A stretch of 55,907 bases of DNA from Candidatus Bathyarchaeia archaeon (GCA_050012755.1 JBEKGO010000011.1:1-55907); one strand, 5' to 3'. Shown: positions 28,760 to 38,189, numbered from the stretch's first letter. A program made the numbers and translations. Notes: generated by a model not told the origin, from the letters alone.

Positions 28760-28826
28760 GAAAAATGTTTGTGGGACTTAAAATAACTACTCAGCTTTCT
28801 GCTGGCGATAAATTTTATATACTGCG

Positions 28827-28869
28827 TAGTTTTCAGTCATTTCCACCGTGTAGGGGAAACTGAAAACTA
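28827..28869. other. Intergenic hairpin
   Basis: TAGTTTTCAGT...ACTGAAAACTA, 11-bp arms with inner TTCC/GGAA pairing; adjacent to TTTATATA. Confidence 0.4.
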
Positions 28870-28914
28870 AAACATCTTCTAAAGGCACATTCATGTAAAC
28901 TTTTTCTTTTGAAA

Positions 28915-29143
28915 TTACGCTGCCTTGGATTTAGACGTTAGAATCACGGTTAAGACATCGTCCATTGCCAATTCATTGCCGATTCTATGTCCATCCTCAA
29001 AAACCTCATCAAGCGCTATCGCTGTTTTCCAAGCATCTCCCCCGCCAAAATCAACAATGACATAGGAGTGTCCTAATTGGATAAGGGATGAAATGGAGAT
29101 TGAGGGCATGCATTTTGCACATTGTCTTGGAGACTTCTTTCAT
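28915..29143 (-). pseudogene. Small CxxC protein, possibly frameshifted near its start
   Basis: The 64-aa ORF frame extends upstream as KKSPRQCAKC to a TGA at 29140-29142; removing one A after ATG 29143 gives MKKSPRQCAKCMPS... Confidence 0.35.
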
Positions 29144-29339
29144 TTCTGTGTCACTTAAGGGTACGAGCAAAGCTTTGTGTTTTACACTAGATTATTCTGT
29201 TACGGTAAAAAACTGCATAAAATCACAATTAATTACTTTTCTTTGATGCCATAACTTTTTCGATTTAAAAGATAGTGTAGATTTAAGGAATAAAAAAAAT
29301 TAGAGCAGATTTGGTTTGCTTGCTGTTTTTGGTCTGTGC

Positions 29340-29651
29340 TCAGGCCTGTGGGGCGTCTTTTTTGTCTCCGACGTTAACGGTTACGTTTTGCTGAATGTGT
29401 TGCTTGTCGTTTCTACTTCGATAAGTTACTATTGAGAATACTATCCAAACAATGACTCCGTAGACGACTGCGTTGAAGATAGCCTTTATCAGTACGTCCC
29501 CGTAGATTGCGCCACCTACTTTGTATGTGGTTGTCTCGATTGGTAACTTGAGCATATTGTACAAAGCCTGCCCTGGAGGAATCGATGTTGCACCTATGCA
29601 TATCAAGAAAACAACTACAAATACCGCTAAGAATACTATTGCTCCTTTCAT
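29340..29651 (-). CDS. Small membrane protein (2 TM)
   Basis: Two hydrophobic segments; SD-like GGAT upstream of ATG. Confidence 0.7.
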   Translation of the reverse strand: MKGAIVFLAVFVVVFLICIGATSIPPGQALYNMLKLPIETTTYKVGGAIYGDVLIKAIFNAVVYGVIVWIVFSIVTYRSRNDKQHIQQNVTVNVGDKKDAPQA

Positions 29652-29773
29652 ACTTTATCCATCTGCCTCTATTTCGACCGTTCAAAATATAAGCTTTATT
29701 TCAGTAGTCACTATATTCAGTTTTTTTCGGTAGAAAATTAACGTTCAATAAAAACAAAAGAAAAATGTTTGTT

Positions 29774-30481
29774 TTAGAATCTTATGTTAATGGTTTTTGA
29801 GACGTATCCAAACGGCGTTTTCACTCTTTCACCAAAAACTTGCTTAAGCAATTTTACATAATCATTATTTTGATCCATTATATACTCGTATTTTCCAGCG
29901 GAAGATTGAATCTGAACTTCAAACTCGTAAATCCCCTGATCTTCTCGCATGAGTTTCTCTTTCAATTTGATTTCATTTATCGTATTATTGTCCAGTGCAA
30001 AGTTGCCCGGTGTTTCAGCAAGAATAGCGGATGGCTGCATATCTAAGTATCTTCGGCTATAACCATAGACGCCTTTTAATTGATCTGTCCATTGACCAAA
30101 GAAGCCTTTCCCTTCCGCTTTTGCCTGATCTCTCGCTTGTTGCGCAGCAGCCTTTATCATTTCATTGGTCATTTGAGCAAAAATTAAACGTTGATTAGTT
30201 AATACTCCTGTGTAGGTGTCCCATCGTCCAAGAGATTTTGGCTTCTTGAGAATAATTGCTCCTATAACAAGTTCTGAATTTGTCGCTGCTGAAGGTATTG
30301 AAGGTTGCATTTGCGGTGGGGATTGAATTGTAGAGGCTACTGGCGGAGAGGGTGACGGCGGATAAAATTGCTCGGGTGGCTGTTGAGGATTAACAGGTGA
30401 CTTATTTGTGGCGGCTCCGCAGTTGCCGCAGAATTTTGCGTTTGGATTTAATTGTGTACCACAGTTTTCACAATAGGGCAT
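29774..30481 (-). CDS. Zinc-ribbon protein with Pro-rich linker and PH-like C-terminal domain
   Basis: YCENCG..NAKFCGNCG; VLTNQRLIF motif typical of PH-like domains. Confidence 0.85.
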   Translation of the reverse strand: MPYCENCGTQLNPNAKFCGNCGAATNKSPVNPQQPPEQFYPPSPSPPVASTIQSPPQMQPSIPSAATNSELVIGAIILKKPKSLGRWDTYTGVLTNQRLIFAQMTNEMIKAAAQQARDQAKAEGKGFFGQWTDQLKGVYGYSRRYLDMQPSAILAETPGNFALDNNTINEIKLKEKLMREDQGIYEFEVQIQSSAGKYEYIMDQNNDYVKLLKQVFGERVKTPFGYVSKTINIRF

Positions 30482-30663
30482 TAGATTTCCTCCGGATAAT
30501 CGCTTGATTATGGTTTAACCAATTTAAAGCTATCCTGTTTCAACACCTAATTATAATTCACAAAAGAATAGCGTCAATTTCTTTTTTCTCAATAACAAAG
30601 ACAATCAACAAGCCACAAAACTTCGTCTCTGCCCACTAAGAATAATTAAGAACAAACAGAATC

Positions 30664-30741
30664 TGGCGGGTCCGACGGGAATTGAACCCGCGACCCCCGG
30701 ATTAAAAGTCCGGTGCTCTAGCCTGACTGAGCTACGGACCC
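30664..30741 (-). tRNA. tRNA-Lys(UUU), intronless, CCA encoded
   Basis: Reverse complement GGGTCCG-TAGCTCAG...CCGGA-CTTTTAA-TCCGG...GGGTTCAATTCCC..CGGACCC-G-CCA forms a cloverleaf. Confidence 0.97.
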
Positions 30742-30823
30742 GCACTAAGATTTGTCGCGGCTATAGGAAAACAAGAAGAGGTTTTTTAGCGTTTCTATTA
30801 AAATTAAGCCAAAAGGAAATTGG

Positions 30824-31207
30824 TTATTGAATTGTTGGGGCTTTCAGGACGGTTGTCATGAAACCCTTGATTTTGTCTTGCGAGTTAAGGATGGTTTGGA
30901 TGGTTTGTGCTCCTTTTTCGGTTAGTTTGTAGATTCTTTTTCTTTCAATCCATATTCCTTCGACTAAACCGTTTCGTTCAAGCGAGTAGAGCAGAGAGTA
31001 GACTGTACCTGAACTGGCTAAGAAGCCGAATTTGGTGTGTATGTATGATATTACGTCGTAGCCGCTTATGGGTCCGTTTTGTAATTCGCCCATTATTATT
31101 GTGTCCATGAAACTCTTGATTACTCTTTCATGCATTTTTTTTATTATTCTTGCTTCTGATTTTTCACCGTTTACTGTTATTGTTAAAGCAACCATATTTT
31201 TACACAC
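30824..31207 (-). CDS. PadR-family transcriptional regulator
   Basis: SGYDVI..SSGTVYSLLYSLERNGLV..RKRIYKLTEKG. Confidence 0.9.
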   Translation of the reverse strand: MCKNMVALTITVNGEKSEARIIKKMHERVIKSFMDTIIMGELQNGPISGYDVISYIHTKFGFLASSGTVYSLLYSLERNGLVEGIWIERKRIYKLTEKGAQTIQTILNSQDKIKGFMTTVLKAPTIQ

Positions 31208-31257
31208 TCACTATTGTTTATTCGTGTTTAGATATATAAGATTTGTTCTGATTTGGA

Positions 31258-31269
31258 ATAACATGTTAT
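31258..31269. promoter_or_regulatory. 12-bp palindrome in the PadR/CdvA-like divergent region
   Basis: ATAACATGTTAT, perfect palindrome ~50 bp upstream of the PadR gene. Confidence 0.35.
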
Positions 31270-31589
31270 AACAAAACCCAAAAAGTATAAACAGAATTCA
31301 CGTGTGAAGCAGATAAGCCAATTGCATTTGACGATTTAGCACTTCCATATATTGTGCCATATCGAGGCAGCTTGATAACAAAATTTTACATGAAAATGTC
31401 ATAGAGATCCGATTATATACAAAAATCTTTCATTTTTCATATACATCCATACCTAGATCATTCAAGTAATTTTACTGCAAAAATTCGTTTTCCCCCCTCT
31501 CAAAGCCATTCTTAATAGCTACCGATATACGTGCATGTTACGAAACGTTATCTCTTCTTTTAGGCTAAAAAGGGTACGGTGCCTTTAAA

Positions 31590-32972
31590 TTGATTTCATG
31601 GAAATATACATTTAAACGATTAAATGAAGAATACGATATCGCCAAACGAAAAAAGCAAGCGTTAGATAACCTTTATGAAACCGGTAAAATTTCGCAGTCA
31701 ACACGCGATTCTTTTGACGGTGAAATCAACGCAGCAATAGCCACAATCGAAAAACAGCAAAAAGAACTAATTGACAGCATGGCAGGAAAAACTCAGGAAC
31801 TGGAAAATCAAATAAAAATGTTAGAAAATCTTCTTGCTAACTATGAGATTCAGCATGTCGTAGGCGAAATTGACGATGACATCTATCAAAGAGAAATAAG
31901 CCTACTGACAACAGGGCTGGAAACAACCAGAAACGAGCTAAACACAATAAAGCAAGTCGCAACCTCTCTATCATCCCCAGCAGTTCCAGCAATCCAAACG
32001 CCAACCGCCCCAGAACCAGCCCCAATTGTACAACCTGAAATTGCACAACCAGTCATAGCAGAACCAACACCTGTGGAAGCTCCAGTTGAAGCCGCTCCAG
32101 TAGAAACTGTAGTTGAGCCAGCTCCAATCGAAACTGCCCCAGCTGAGATTCCAATTGAAACTGCAAAAGCAGAAGCGGCTCCAGCGGAAAGCGCTCCAAT
32201 ACCAACAGCGCCCGTAGAACCAGCGCCAGTAGAAACTGTTCAAGCCCCAATCGAAGCTGCCCCAGTTGAAACAGCGCCAATAGAAGCCGCCCCAATTGTT
32301 GAAGCCCCAGTTGAAACCACAGCCGTTGAAACCCCGATTATAGAGACAGCTCCAGTCGAAGCCCCTCCAACCGAGATTACCCCTCCAGTTGAAACAGCTC
32401 CTGTCGTTGAAGCTGCCCCAATTGAAACTCCAACAGTCGAAGTTACTCCAGCTGAAACTCCAATTATCGAAGTAGCTGTGGAAACCGCTCCAGTTGAAGA
32501 AGCAACAGTCGCTCCCGCGGAGCCAGAAATCCAAATAATTAATGAGCCAACACTTGAAATTGCTCCTCAGGAACCAGCAATAACCGAGACAGCGCCACAA
32601 GAACCAATCATAAACATTGAAGCAGCCCCAGCAGAGCCAGCTGCAGTAGTTGAGCAGCCGGTGGTAGAGCAACCAGTTGAAGCCGTGGCAGAAAACATTA
32701 CACCTACTGAAGCAGCCGTTGAACCAACACTAGAGCAGCCAACAGTTGAAGTTCCCTTGCAAGATTTTGAAGTTACAGAACCAGCCCAGGTTGAAACTAC
32801 CCTTGAAAAAGTTATTGATCCAGCAATAGAAACCATTTCTCCAGTCATAGTCGAGGAGGCTATTATTCCGGCCCACCCTACGGAAGCGCCGCACGCGGCG
32901 CAGACGGAAATGGGGGCAAACGCAGAAGCCGCAGCAGAAACAGAAGACTCCAGTGAAAAAAAATCTGAATAA
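31590..32972 (+). CDS. CdvA-like coiled-coil protein with long acidic Pro-rich tail
   Basis: KKQALDNLYETGKISQST..LANYEIQHVVGEIDDDIY CdvA-like coiled coil (no PRC barrel); ~330-aa E/P/A/V/T/I tail. Confidence 0.75.
   Translation: MISWKYTFKRLNEEYDIAKRKKQALDNLYETGKISQSTRDSFDGEINAAIATIEKQQKELIDSMAGKTQELENQIKMLENLLANYEIQHVVGEIDDDIYQREISLLTTGLETTRNELNTIKQVATSLSSPAVPAIQTPTAPEPAPIVQPEIAQPVIAEPTPVEAPVEAAPVETVVEPAPIETAPAEIPIETAKAEAAPAESAPIPTAPVEPAPVETVQAPIEAAPVETAPIEAAPIVEAPVETTAVETPIIETAPVEAPPTEITPPVETAPVVEAAPIETPTVEVTPAETPIIEVAVETAPVEEATVAPAEPEIQIINEPTLEIAPQEPAITETAPQEPIINIEAAPAEPAAVVEQPVVEQPVEAVAENITPTEAAVEPTLEQPTVEVPLQDFEVTEPAQVETTLEKVIDPAIETISPVIVEEAIIPAHPTEAPHAAQTEMGANAEAAAETEDSSEKKSE
31990..32900 (+). 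repeat. Degenerate pentapeptide-type coding repeats (ETAPV/EAAPI)
   Basis: Dozens of E-[TA]-A-P-[VI] units. Confidence 0.85.
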
Positions 32973-33110
32973 TCGTATCTCTTAAATTCTTTTCTTTTTT
33001 ATTTTTTGCTATTGTCTTGACGTCAGTTTGCGTTTTTTGTGGCGCAATTTTTTTCTTTGTGTTTTGGGTTGCTTTTTTGATTTAGGGTTTGAATTAGTTG
33101 CAGGTCACGT

Positions 33111-33200
33111 ACAGAAAAGGTTAGAAAAGGCTAGAAAAGGTTTGAAACGTACCAAAAAGGTTAGGAACGTACGAAAAAGTATAAAAAAGTCCCAAAAAGG
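33111..33200. repeat. Nine tandem degenerate 10-bp units with phased A-tracts
   Basis: acagaaaagg ttagaaaagg ctagaaaagg tttgaaacgt accaaaaagg ttaggaacgt acgaaaaagt ataaaaaagt cccaaaaagg. Confidence 0.8.
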
Positions 33201-33209
33201 CTCTTGTGA

Positions 33210-33965
33210 CTAAGTTTTCAAGAGAGTCTGCAGTAATTCAATGGCTGACCACGCCGCTAACGCGCTGGTATGTGGATTATCTGGGTGAGGATCGTTTGCA
33301 AAGCGCAAAAACATTTCTCCAAATTGCCATTTTACTTGAATTTCATGTGTGTTTCGGTTAACTGCTGGATCAGAAATCACTTGGACTTTAACTTTGGTTG
33401 GTTTAACGGTTAACGCTAAGGTTGCGGCCACATTCATTTCTCGAGGGAAAAGTTTGGCTGCCTCTTCGGCATATCCTTCATAAACAATCTTTTCCTCTTT
33501 ATTGTTGGCTCCTAAGGCTTTGGGGTTTTTGCGTGAAGTCAAAATGACCTCGCTTATCCCCGTTAGAGCTGCGCTGGAGAGAGCATCTAAGCCGCCGATG
33601 GCACCTGAAGGAACATGAACCTTACTTAAGTCAACATTTAGACTTAGCAAAGCGCCTGTACTCATGACGATTAACTCAGTCTCAGATGAAACGATTTTTG
33701 GAACGTAATCTTTTGCTGCTTGCTGTGACGCCGCTTCCACAATAACCTTAGGCTTTAGCGCAAGCAGTTCATCGATGTTCTCAACAATTGTGACTGGGAA
33801 TTTGATTGTGGCTTTGAGTTTTTTTGCCTTTGAGGCTTCAAAGTCGTAAACAACCAGTTCGTCGCAGGCAACTATTTTCCTTTCGATGGCTTCTGCTAGT
33901 ACCGTGCCAATTGCGCCGCACCCTATCAAACCGACCTTTATTTTTTTTAAGTCACTGCCTATCAT
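33210..33965 (-). CDS. nadX: L-aspartate dehydrogenase
   Basis: GLIGCGAIG, VEAASQ, SGAIGGLD, RKNP, FPREMNVAATL, NPHTSALAA. Confidence 0.9.
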   Translation of the reverse strand: MIGSDLKKIKVGLIGCGAIGTVLAEAIERKIVACDELVVYDFEASKAKKLKATIKFPVTIVENIDELLALKPKVIVEAASQQAAKDYVPKIVSSETELIVMSTGALLSLNVDLSKVHVPSGAIGGLDALSSAALTGISEVILTSRKNPKALGANNKEEKIVYEGYAEEAAKLFPREMNVAATLALTVKPTKVKVQVISDPAVNRNTHEIQVKWQFGEMFLRFANDPHPDNPHTSALAAWSAIELLQTLLKT

Positions 33966-36453
33966 AATCCGAGTCCCAAGCGATTGTAACTATAACATCG
34001 GCAGGATTAATTTGTCCGCTCTCATTCTTACCGTCGTATTCAACTGTGATATTGTTCAAATCTTCAATCTTCAAAGTTCCTGCAATATCTGCCCTTCCTT
34101 CAATAATAGCCTTAACGTTTTCGCTATTAGCCGTACGGATTACCACGTTTTTAAGTGGCAAATTAAGCGGTAATTTATGCTCCGCCTTTATTTGTCGTCC
34201 CTGACTAATGACAGCAATAATTAAGTCACCTTTCTTTTCTGCTTCGTCATCCACAAGTGACGCATTGAATCTGGGCCATTGTGAAATTTGCAGGCTTAAG
34301 AAGCCTTTGTTTTCGGCAAACATGTGCTGGTAAATCTCTTCTGTTAAGTGAGGTGTTACTGGCGCAAGCAATTGTAGTATGCGGTAGAGGACTTCGTAGA
34401 GCGTTTGTTGTGCTGCTACCTTTTTTGCTTGATTTTGAGGATCTGCGTTGTAGAGTTTGTCTTTTACTGCTTCAACGTAGTAGTCGCAGAAAACATGCCA
34501 AGTGAAATTGCGCACATCTTCAACTGCCACGTTAAATTGACATTTTTCAAAGGCTTCAGTGACTTTTTTTGTGAGGTTTTCGGCTTTGCTAATTATCCAC
34601 TTGTCAAGAGGCTGAAGCTCTATATTCTTGGCTTCAACTGGCTTGTAATCTTCTAAGAGTTTGCTTGCAAAGCTTGACACGTTCCAAAGCTTATTTAGAA
34701 AACGCCTGCCATACTCAACATCCTGCGCCCGATACGGAATGTCTGAACCTGTTGCTCCTCCACATGCAGCCCACTGCCTAGTTGCATCTGCCCCACTTTT
34801 GTTTAACACTGGAGGCGCCGCGAGGTAGTTTTTGAGTGATTTGCTCATTTTTCTGCCGTCTGCCCCTAGCACCATACCGTTTATGAGGACACTGTTGAAT
34901 GGGCGTTCATCGAATAATGCCAAGTGGCGTACCATGAGGTAGTAAGCCCAAGTTCGGATGATGTCTGTACCTGATGTGTGAATACTAGCGGGGAACAGAT
35001 GTTTCCAGTCAGGGCAGTCAGGCCATCCTGCATGAACAGCACATGTTATTGAAGAATCCATCCACGTATCCAAAACGTCGGTTTCACCCGTGAACTCCGT
35101 TCCTCTGCATTTTGGACATTTGTTAATTCTGGGTTTTTCCATTCTCGGGTCAATTGGCACCCAATTTTCCTGGGCAACAATTACTCCGCCACAACTCTTG
35201 CAGTACCAAACTGGAATTGGCGTAGCAAACAATCTTTGGCGGCTAACAACCCAATCCCAATCAAGAGCCCGTGTCCAATCGATTAAGCGGTTTTTCATGT
35301 AGTCTGGGTACCATGGGATCTCGTTAGCGTTCTTTTCCACTGCCTCGGATAACGGTAAGGTTTTCATAAACCACTGTTTAACTTCTAAGATTTCGATTTG
35401 GGCTTTGCAGCGGTCGCACACGCCTACTTCCTGCTGAATCCTCTCTGTCTTCTCTAGTAAGCCTGCTGCAGTTAAGTCTGCGACGATAGCTGCGCGTGCT
35501 TGGTTAACGTATAAGCCAGCGTATTTGCAGCCTGCCTCGCTTATTCTGCCGCTTTCGGTCAATAAACGGATAACTGGAAGTTTATGTTTTATGACGGTTT
35601 TTACATCCTCTTTGTCGCCGTAAGTGCAAATTTGAACAACGCCCGTGCCAAAGCAGGGGTCTACCGATTCTTCGCTGATGATCGTTACTTCGCGGTTCAT
35701 GAGCGGGACAGAGATTTTTCTGCCAATGTACTTGCTGTAGCGTTCGTCTTTTGGGTTAACTTCCACTGCGACGCATGCAGGTATGAATTCAGGACGGGAA
35801 GTGGCTATTAGCAGGTATTCGCTGCTGCCTTCTAGTTGGAAGCGGATGTAATGAAGGGTGCCTTCTTTTTTGATATGATCGACTTCTGCGTCGGCGATAG
35901 CTGTTTCATCTCGTGGACACCAATTTACTGGGTGAGTGCCCTGATACATGTAACCTTTTTTGTAAAGAAGAACAAAACTCAGCTGGGTTCTACGCCAGTA
36001 GTCTGGATCCATCGTTTTGTATTCGGTGGTCCAATCAATGCTTGCACCCATTTTGAGTAACCCTTCCTTCATTATGGCAATGTATTTTTCAACTAGCTCA
36101 ATGCACCATGCTCGGAATTGGTCTGGAGGGACATCGCGTTTGCGGATGTTTCTTGATTTTTCAACTTGGATTTCTATGCCTAAGCCGTGGCAGTCCCAGC
36201 CTTGTGGGAAGAGCACGTTGAATCCTTGCATGCGTTTGTAGCGTGCTACCATGTCAAAATAGGTCCAGTTCAAAACGTTGCCCATGTGCAATTCGCCTGA
36301 AGGATAGGGCGGTGGAGTGTCTATGCTGAAGGGCACGCGTAGTTTGTCGTTCCAGTCGTAGTGGTAGATGCCCAGTTCTTCCCATTTCTGCTGCCACTTC
36401 TGCTCGATTTCTGCAAAGTTATATTCTTTAGGCATAGGCTGCATGCTAATCAA
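33952..36453 (-). CDS. valS: Valyl-tRNA synthetase (archaeal type)
   Basis: IDTPPPYPSG.LHMGN, QGWDCHGL, DWVVSRQR, KMSKS. Confidence 0.96.
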   Translation of the reverse strand: MISMQPMPKEYNFAEIEQKWQQKWEELGIYHYDWNDKLRVPFSIDTPPPYPSGELHMGNVLNWTYFDMVARYKRMQGFNVLFPQGWDCHGLGIEIQVEKSRNIRKRDVPPDQFRAWCIELVEKYIAIMKEGLLKMGASIDWTTEYKTMDPDYWRRTQLSFVLLYKKGYMYQGTHPVNWCPRDETAIADAEVDHIKKEGTLHYIRFQLEGSSEYLLIATSRPEFIPACVAVEVNPKDERYSKYIGRKISVPLMNREVTIISEESVDPCFGTGVVQICTYGDKEDVKTVIKHKLPVIRLLTESGRISEAGCKYAGLYVNQARAAIVADLTAAGLLEKTERIQQEVGVCDRCKAQIEILEVKQWFMKTLPLSEAVEKNANEIPWYPDYMKNRLIDWTRALDWDWVVSRQRLFATPIPVWYCKSCGGVIVAQENWVPIDPRMEKPRINKCPKCRGTEFTGETDVLDTWMDSSITCAVHAGWPDCPDWKHLFPASIHTSGTDIIRTWAYYLMVRHLALFDERPFNSVLINGMVLGADGRKMSKSLKNYLAAPPVLNKSGADATRQWAACGGATGSDIPYRAQDVEYGRRFLNKLWNVSSFASKLLEDYKPVEAKNIELQPLDKWIISKAENLTKKVTEAFEKCQFNVAVEDVRNFTWHVFCDYYVEAVKDKLYNADPQNQAKKVAAQQTLYEVLYRILQLLAPVTPHLTEEIYQHMFAENKGFLSLQISQWPRFNASLVDDEAEKKGDLIIAVISQGRQIKAEHKLPLNLPLKNVVIRTANSENVKAIIEGRADIAGTLKIEDLNNITVEYDGKNESGQINPADVIVTIAWDSDYDRQ

Positions 36454-36519
36454 TCCTACTTGTTAGTGTTGACGGTAGGAAAACTAAAATATAACCTAAA
36501 AACATTATCCCATCAGATA

Positions 36520-36617
36520 AGGTCTCGGGGAGCTGGGAGATTGACCTGGCTGAGAGGACGGCTATTTGCTGTCGACCCTTAGAACCTGAACCAGGTAATA
36601 CTGGCGGAGGGAAAAAA
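36520..36617 (+). promoter_or_regulatory. TPP riboswitch (THI element)
   Basis: CGGGGAGC..GCTGAGAG..GACCC..GAACCTGA-ACCAGGTAATACTGG-CGGAGGGA with P3, P3a (gacggc/gctgtc), P4 and P5 pairings; directly before thiT. Confidence 0.92.
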
Positions 36618-37175
36618 ATGAAAATACAAACTGAACTACCTAAGAGTAATAATATTTTTTCAACCAAGATACTTGCAGAAATAATAATATTTGTCGCAAT
36701 GGCAGGGGCATTAGCTCTTATAAGCCACTCATTCTTTGGTCTTCCACAAGGCGGCTCCATTAATCTTGGGATGGTGCCTATCTTTTGGCTTGCGTTGCGG
36801 AGAGGTCCAAAAATCGGGATATTTGCAGGCGCCGTGCTTGGCGTAGTTGACCTTGCGATTGAGCCCTTCGTTGTTAACCCTGCCCAATTTGTCCTTGATT
36901 ATCCATTGGCCTTTGCTTGCCTTGGACTTGCTGGATTCTTCAGAAAACCTGCAGTTGTCGGTCCAATTGTCGGCGTAGTGGTTGGCGGAACAGGCCGTTT
37001 CCTATCTCACTTTGTTTCAGGAGTCATCTATTTTCCTCAGTATGCACCCGCAGGCATGAGCCCGGTTGTTTACTCGGCAATATATAACGCGACTTACATG
37101 GTGCCAAGCACAATAATCTGTGCAATCGCAATTTTCCTGCTTCAAAGAAGCAAGACACTAAACATTTACCTCTAA
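36618..37175 (+). CDS. thiT: Energy-coupled thiamine transporter S component
   Basis: LPQGGSI.LGMVPI..ALRRG, QFVLDYPLAF..LGLAG, RFLSHFVSGVIYF, YSAIYNATY. Confidence 0.92.
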   Translation: MKIQTELPKSNNIFSTKILAEIIIFVAMAGALALISHSFFGLPQGGSINLGMVPIFWLALRRGPKIGIFAGAVLGVVDLAIEPFVVNPAQFVLDYPLAFACLGLAGFFRKPAVVGPIVGVVVGGTGRFLSHFVSGVIYFPQYAPAGMSPVVYSAIYNATYMVPSTIICAIAIFLLQRSKTLNIYL

Positions 37176-37187
37176 GGAGCAGAGAAC

Positions 37188-38186
37188 ATGGGAAAACTTC
37201 CGGCTGAAGAACTGAAGAAACTTTTGAGCTGCATAAAGAAGGATTCAAGAGTTATCATCCCGCCTATGGTTGGGTACGATTCAGGCGTTCACCTCTTTGA
37301 CGGTAAGTATATGGTTGTCGCTACGGACCCGTGCACAGGGGTACCTGAAGAATGGTTTGGTTGGCTGCTAATCAATTATGCCGCTTCAGACGTTGCTCTT
37401 TCTGGAGCCAAACCTGAATTCTGCACCATCAACCTGCTTGGTCCAAAATCCACTAAGCCTGAGACTTTCCAAAAAATAATGAAGCAAACCTGCACAGCAG
37501 CAGACGAATTGGGCATCGCTATCGTTCGAGGTCACACAGGCATGTACACCAGCCTCTCAGATTTACTTGGAGTCGCTACGGTTTATGGCACTGTTCAACT
37601 CGAAAAGTTGATTACCCCAGCAAATGCCAAACCAGGAGACCTAATATTTTGCACTAAGCCACTTGGTTTAGAAACAATAACAAACTTTGCAATAACTCAA
37701 AAGGCACTGGCGCAAGAACTTTTCGGGGCTGATCAACAAGAAAACGCTTCCAAGCAGGTTTACATGCAAAGCTGTGTCCATGAGGCTCTTCAGCTTGCAA
37801 GGACTTGGGTGGTCCACGCTATGCATGATGCTACTGAAGGCGGATTTGTATCGGCGTTAAATGAATTGGCTGAAGCGTCAAAAGTCGGGTTTAATTTGAA
37901 TTGGGAGAAAATACCAATAAGCAAAGAAATGTTGGCTTTGCAAAGTCACTTTAAATTAACTGATATGCAGTTGCTGGCTACGTCATCAACTGGAACAATT
38001 CTTGGGGCGGTTGATCCTCAAAATCAAGAAAAAATCAAAGACGCATTAAGTCAAAGTGGGCTTTCATCTTACTTCATAGGCGAATTTAAAGAAAATAGAG
38101 AGCGCACATTGATTAAAAATGGCAAAGAAACAGCTTTGCCACAGCGCGCAAAAGACCCTTACGACATGATTCTTTCAGGCAAATAG
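37188..38186 (+). CDS. AIR synthase-related (PurM/HypE/ThiL-fold) protein
   Basis: MGKLP, GYDSG, ATDP, AASDV, RGHT, AMHDATEGG; 12 nt downstream of thiT. Confidence 0.85.
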   Translation: MGKLPAEELKKLLSCIKKDSRVIIPPMVGYDSGVHLFDGKYMVVATDPCTGVPEEWFGWLLINYAASDVALSGAKPEFCTINLLGPKSTKPETFQKIMKQTCTAADELGIAIVRGHTGMYTSLSDLLGVATVYGTVQLEKLITPANAKPGDLIFCTKPLGLETITNFAITQKALAQELFGADQQENASKQVYMQSCVHEALQLARTWVVHAMHDATEGGFVSALNELAEASKVGFNLNWEKIPISKEMLALQSHFKLTDMQLLATSSTGTILGAVDPQNQEKIKDALSQSGLSSYFIGEFKENRERTLIKNGKETALPQRAKDPYDMILSGK

Positions 38187-38189
38187 AAT

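Noticed and set aside
29140-29154. In-frame TGA as selenocysteine in a small CxxC protein
   Set aside because: No SECIS-like element recognised and no Sec machinery in view; a 1-nt indel explains it more simply
30664-30741. tRNA-Lys as an integration site
   Set aside because: No duplicate of its 3' end and no recombinase seen in the window
31971-32672. 233-aa Trp/Cys/Phe-rich minus-strand ORF (and similar ORFs at 5731-5961 and 32053-32295)
   Set aside because: Antisense shadows of low-complexity coding repeats on the plus strand
33111-33200. Possible CRISPR array, or real Lys-rich ORF 33028-33213
   Set aside because: Units are 10 bp with no spacers and no cas genes are nearby; the period is not a multiple of 3 and the ORF has no SD, so it looks like a by-product of the repeat
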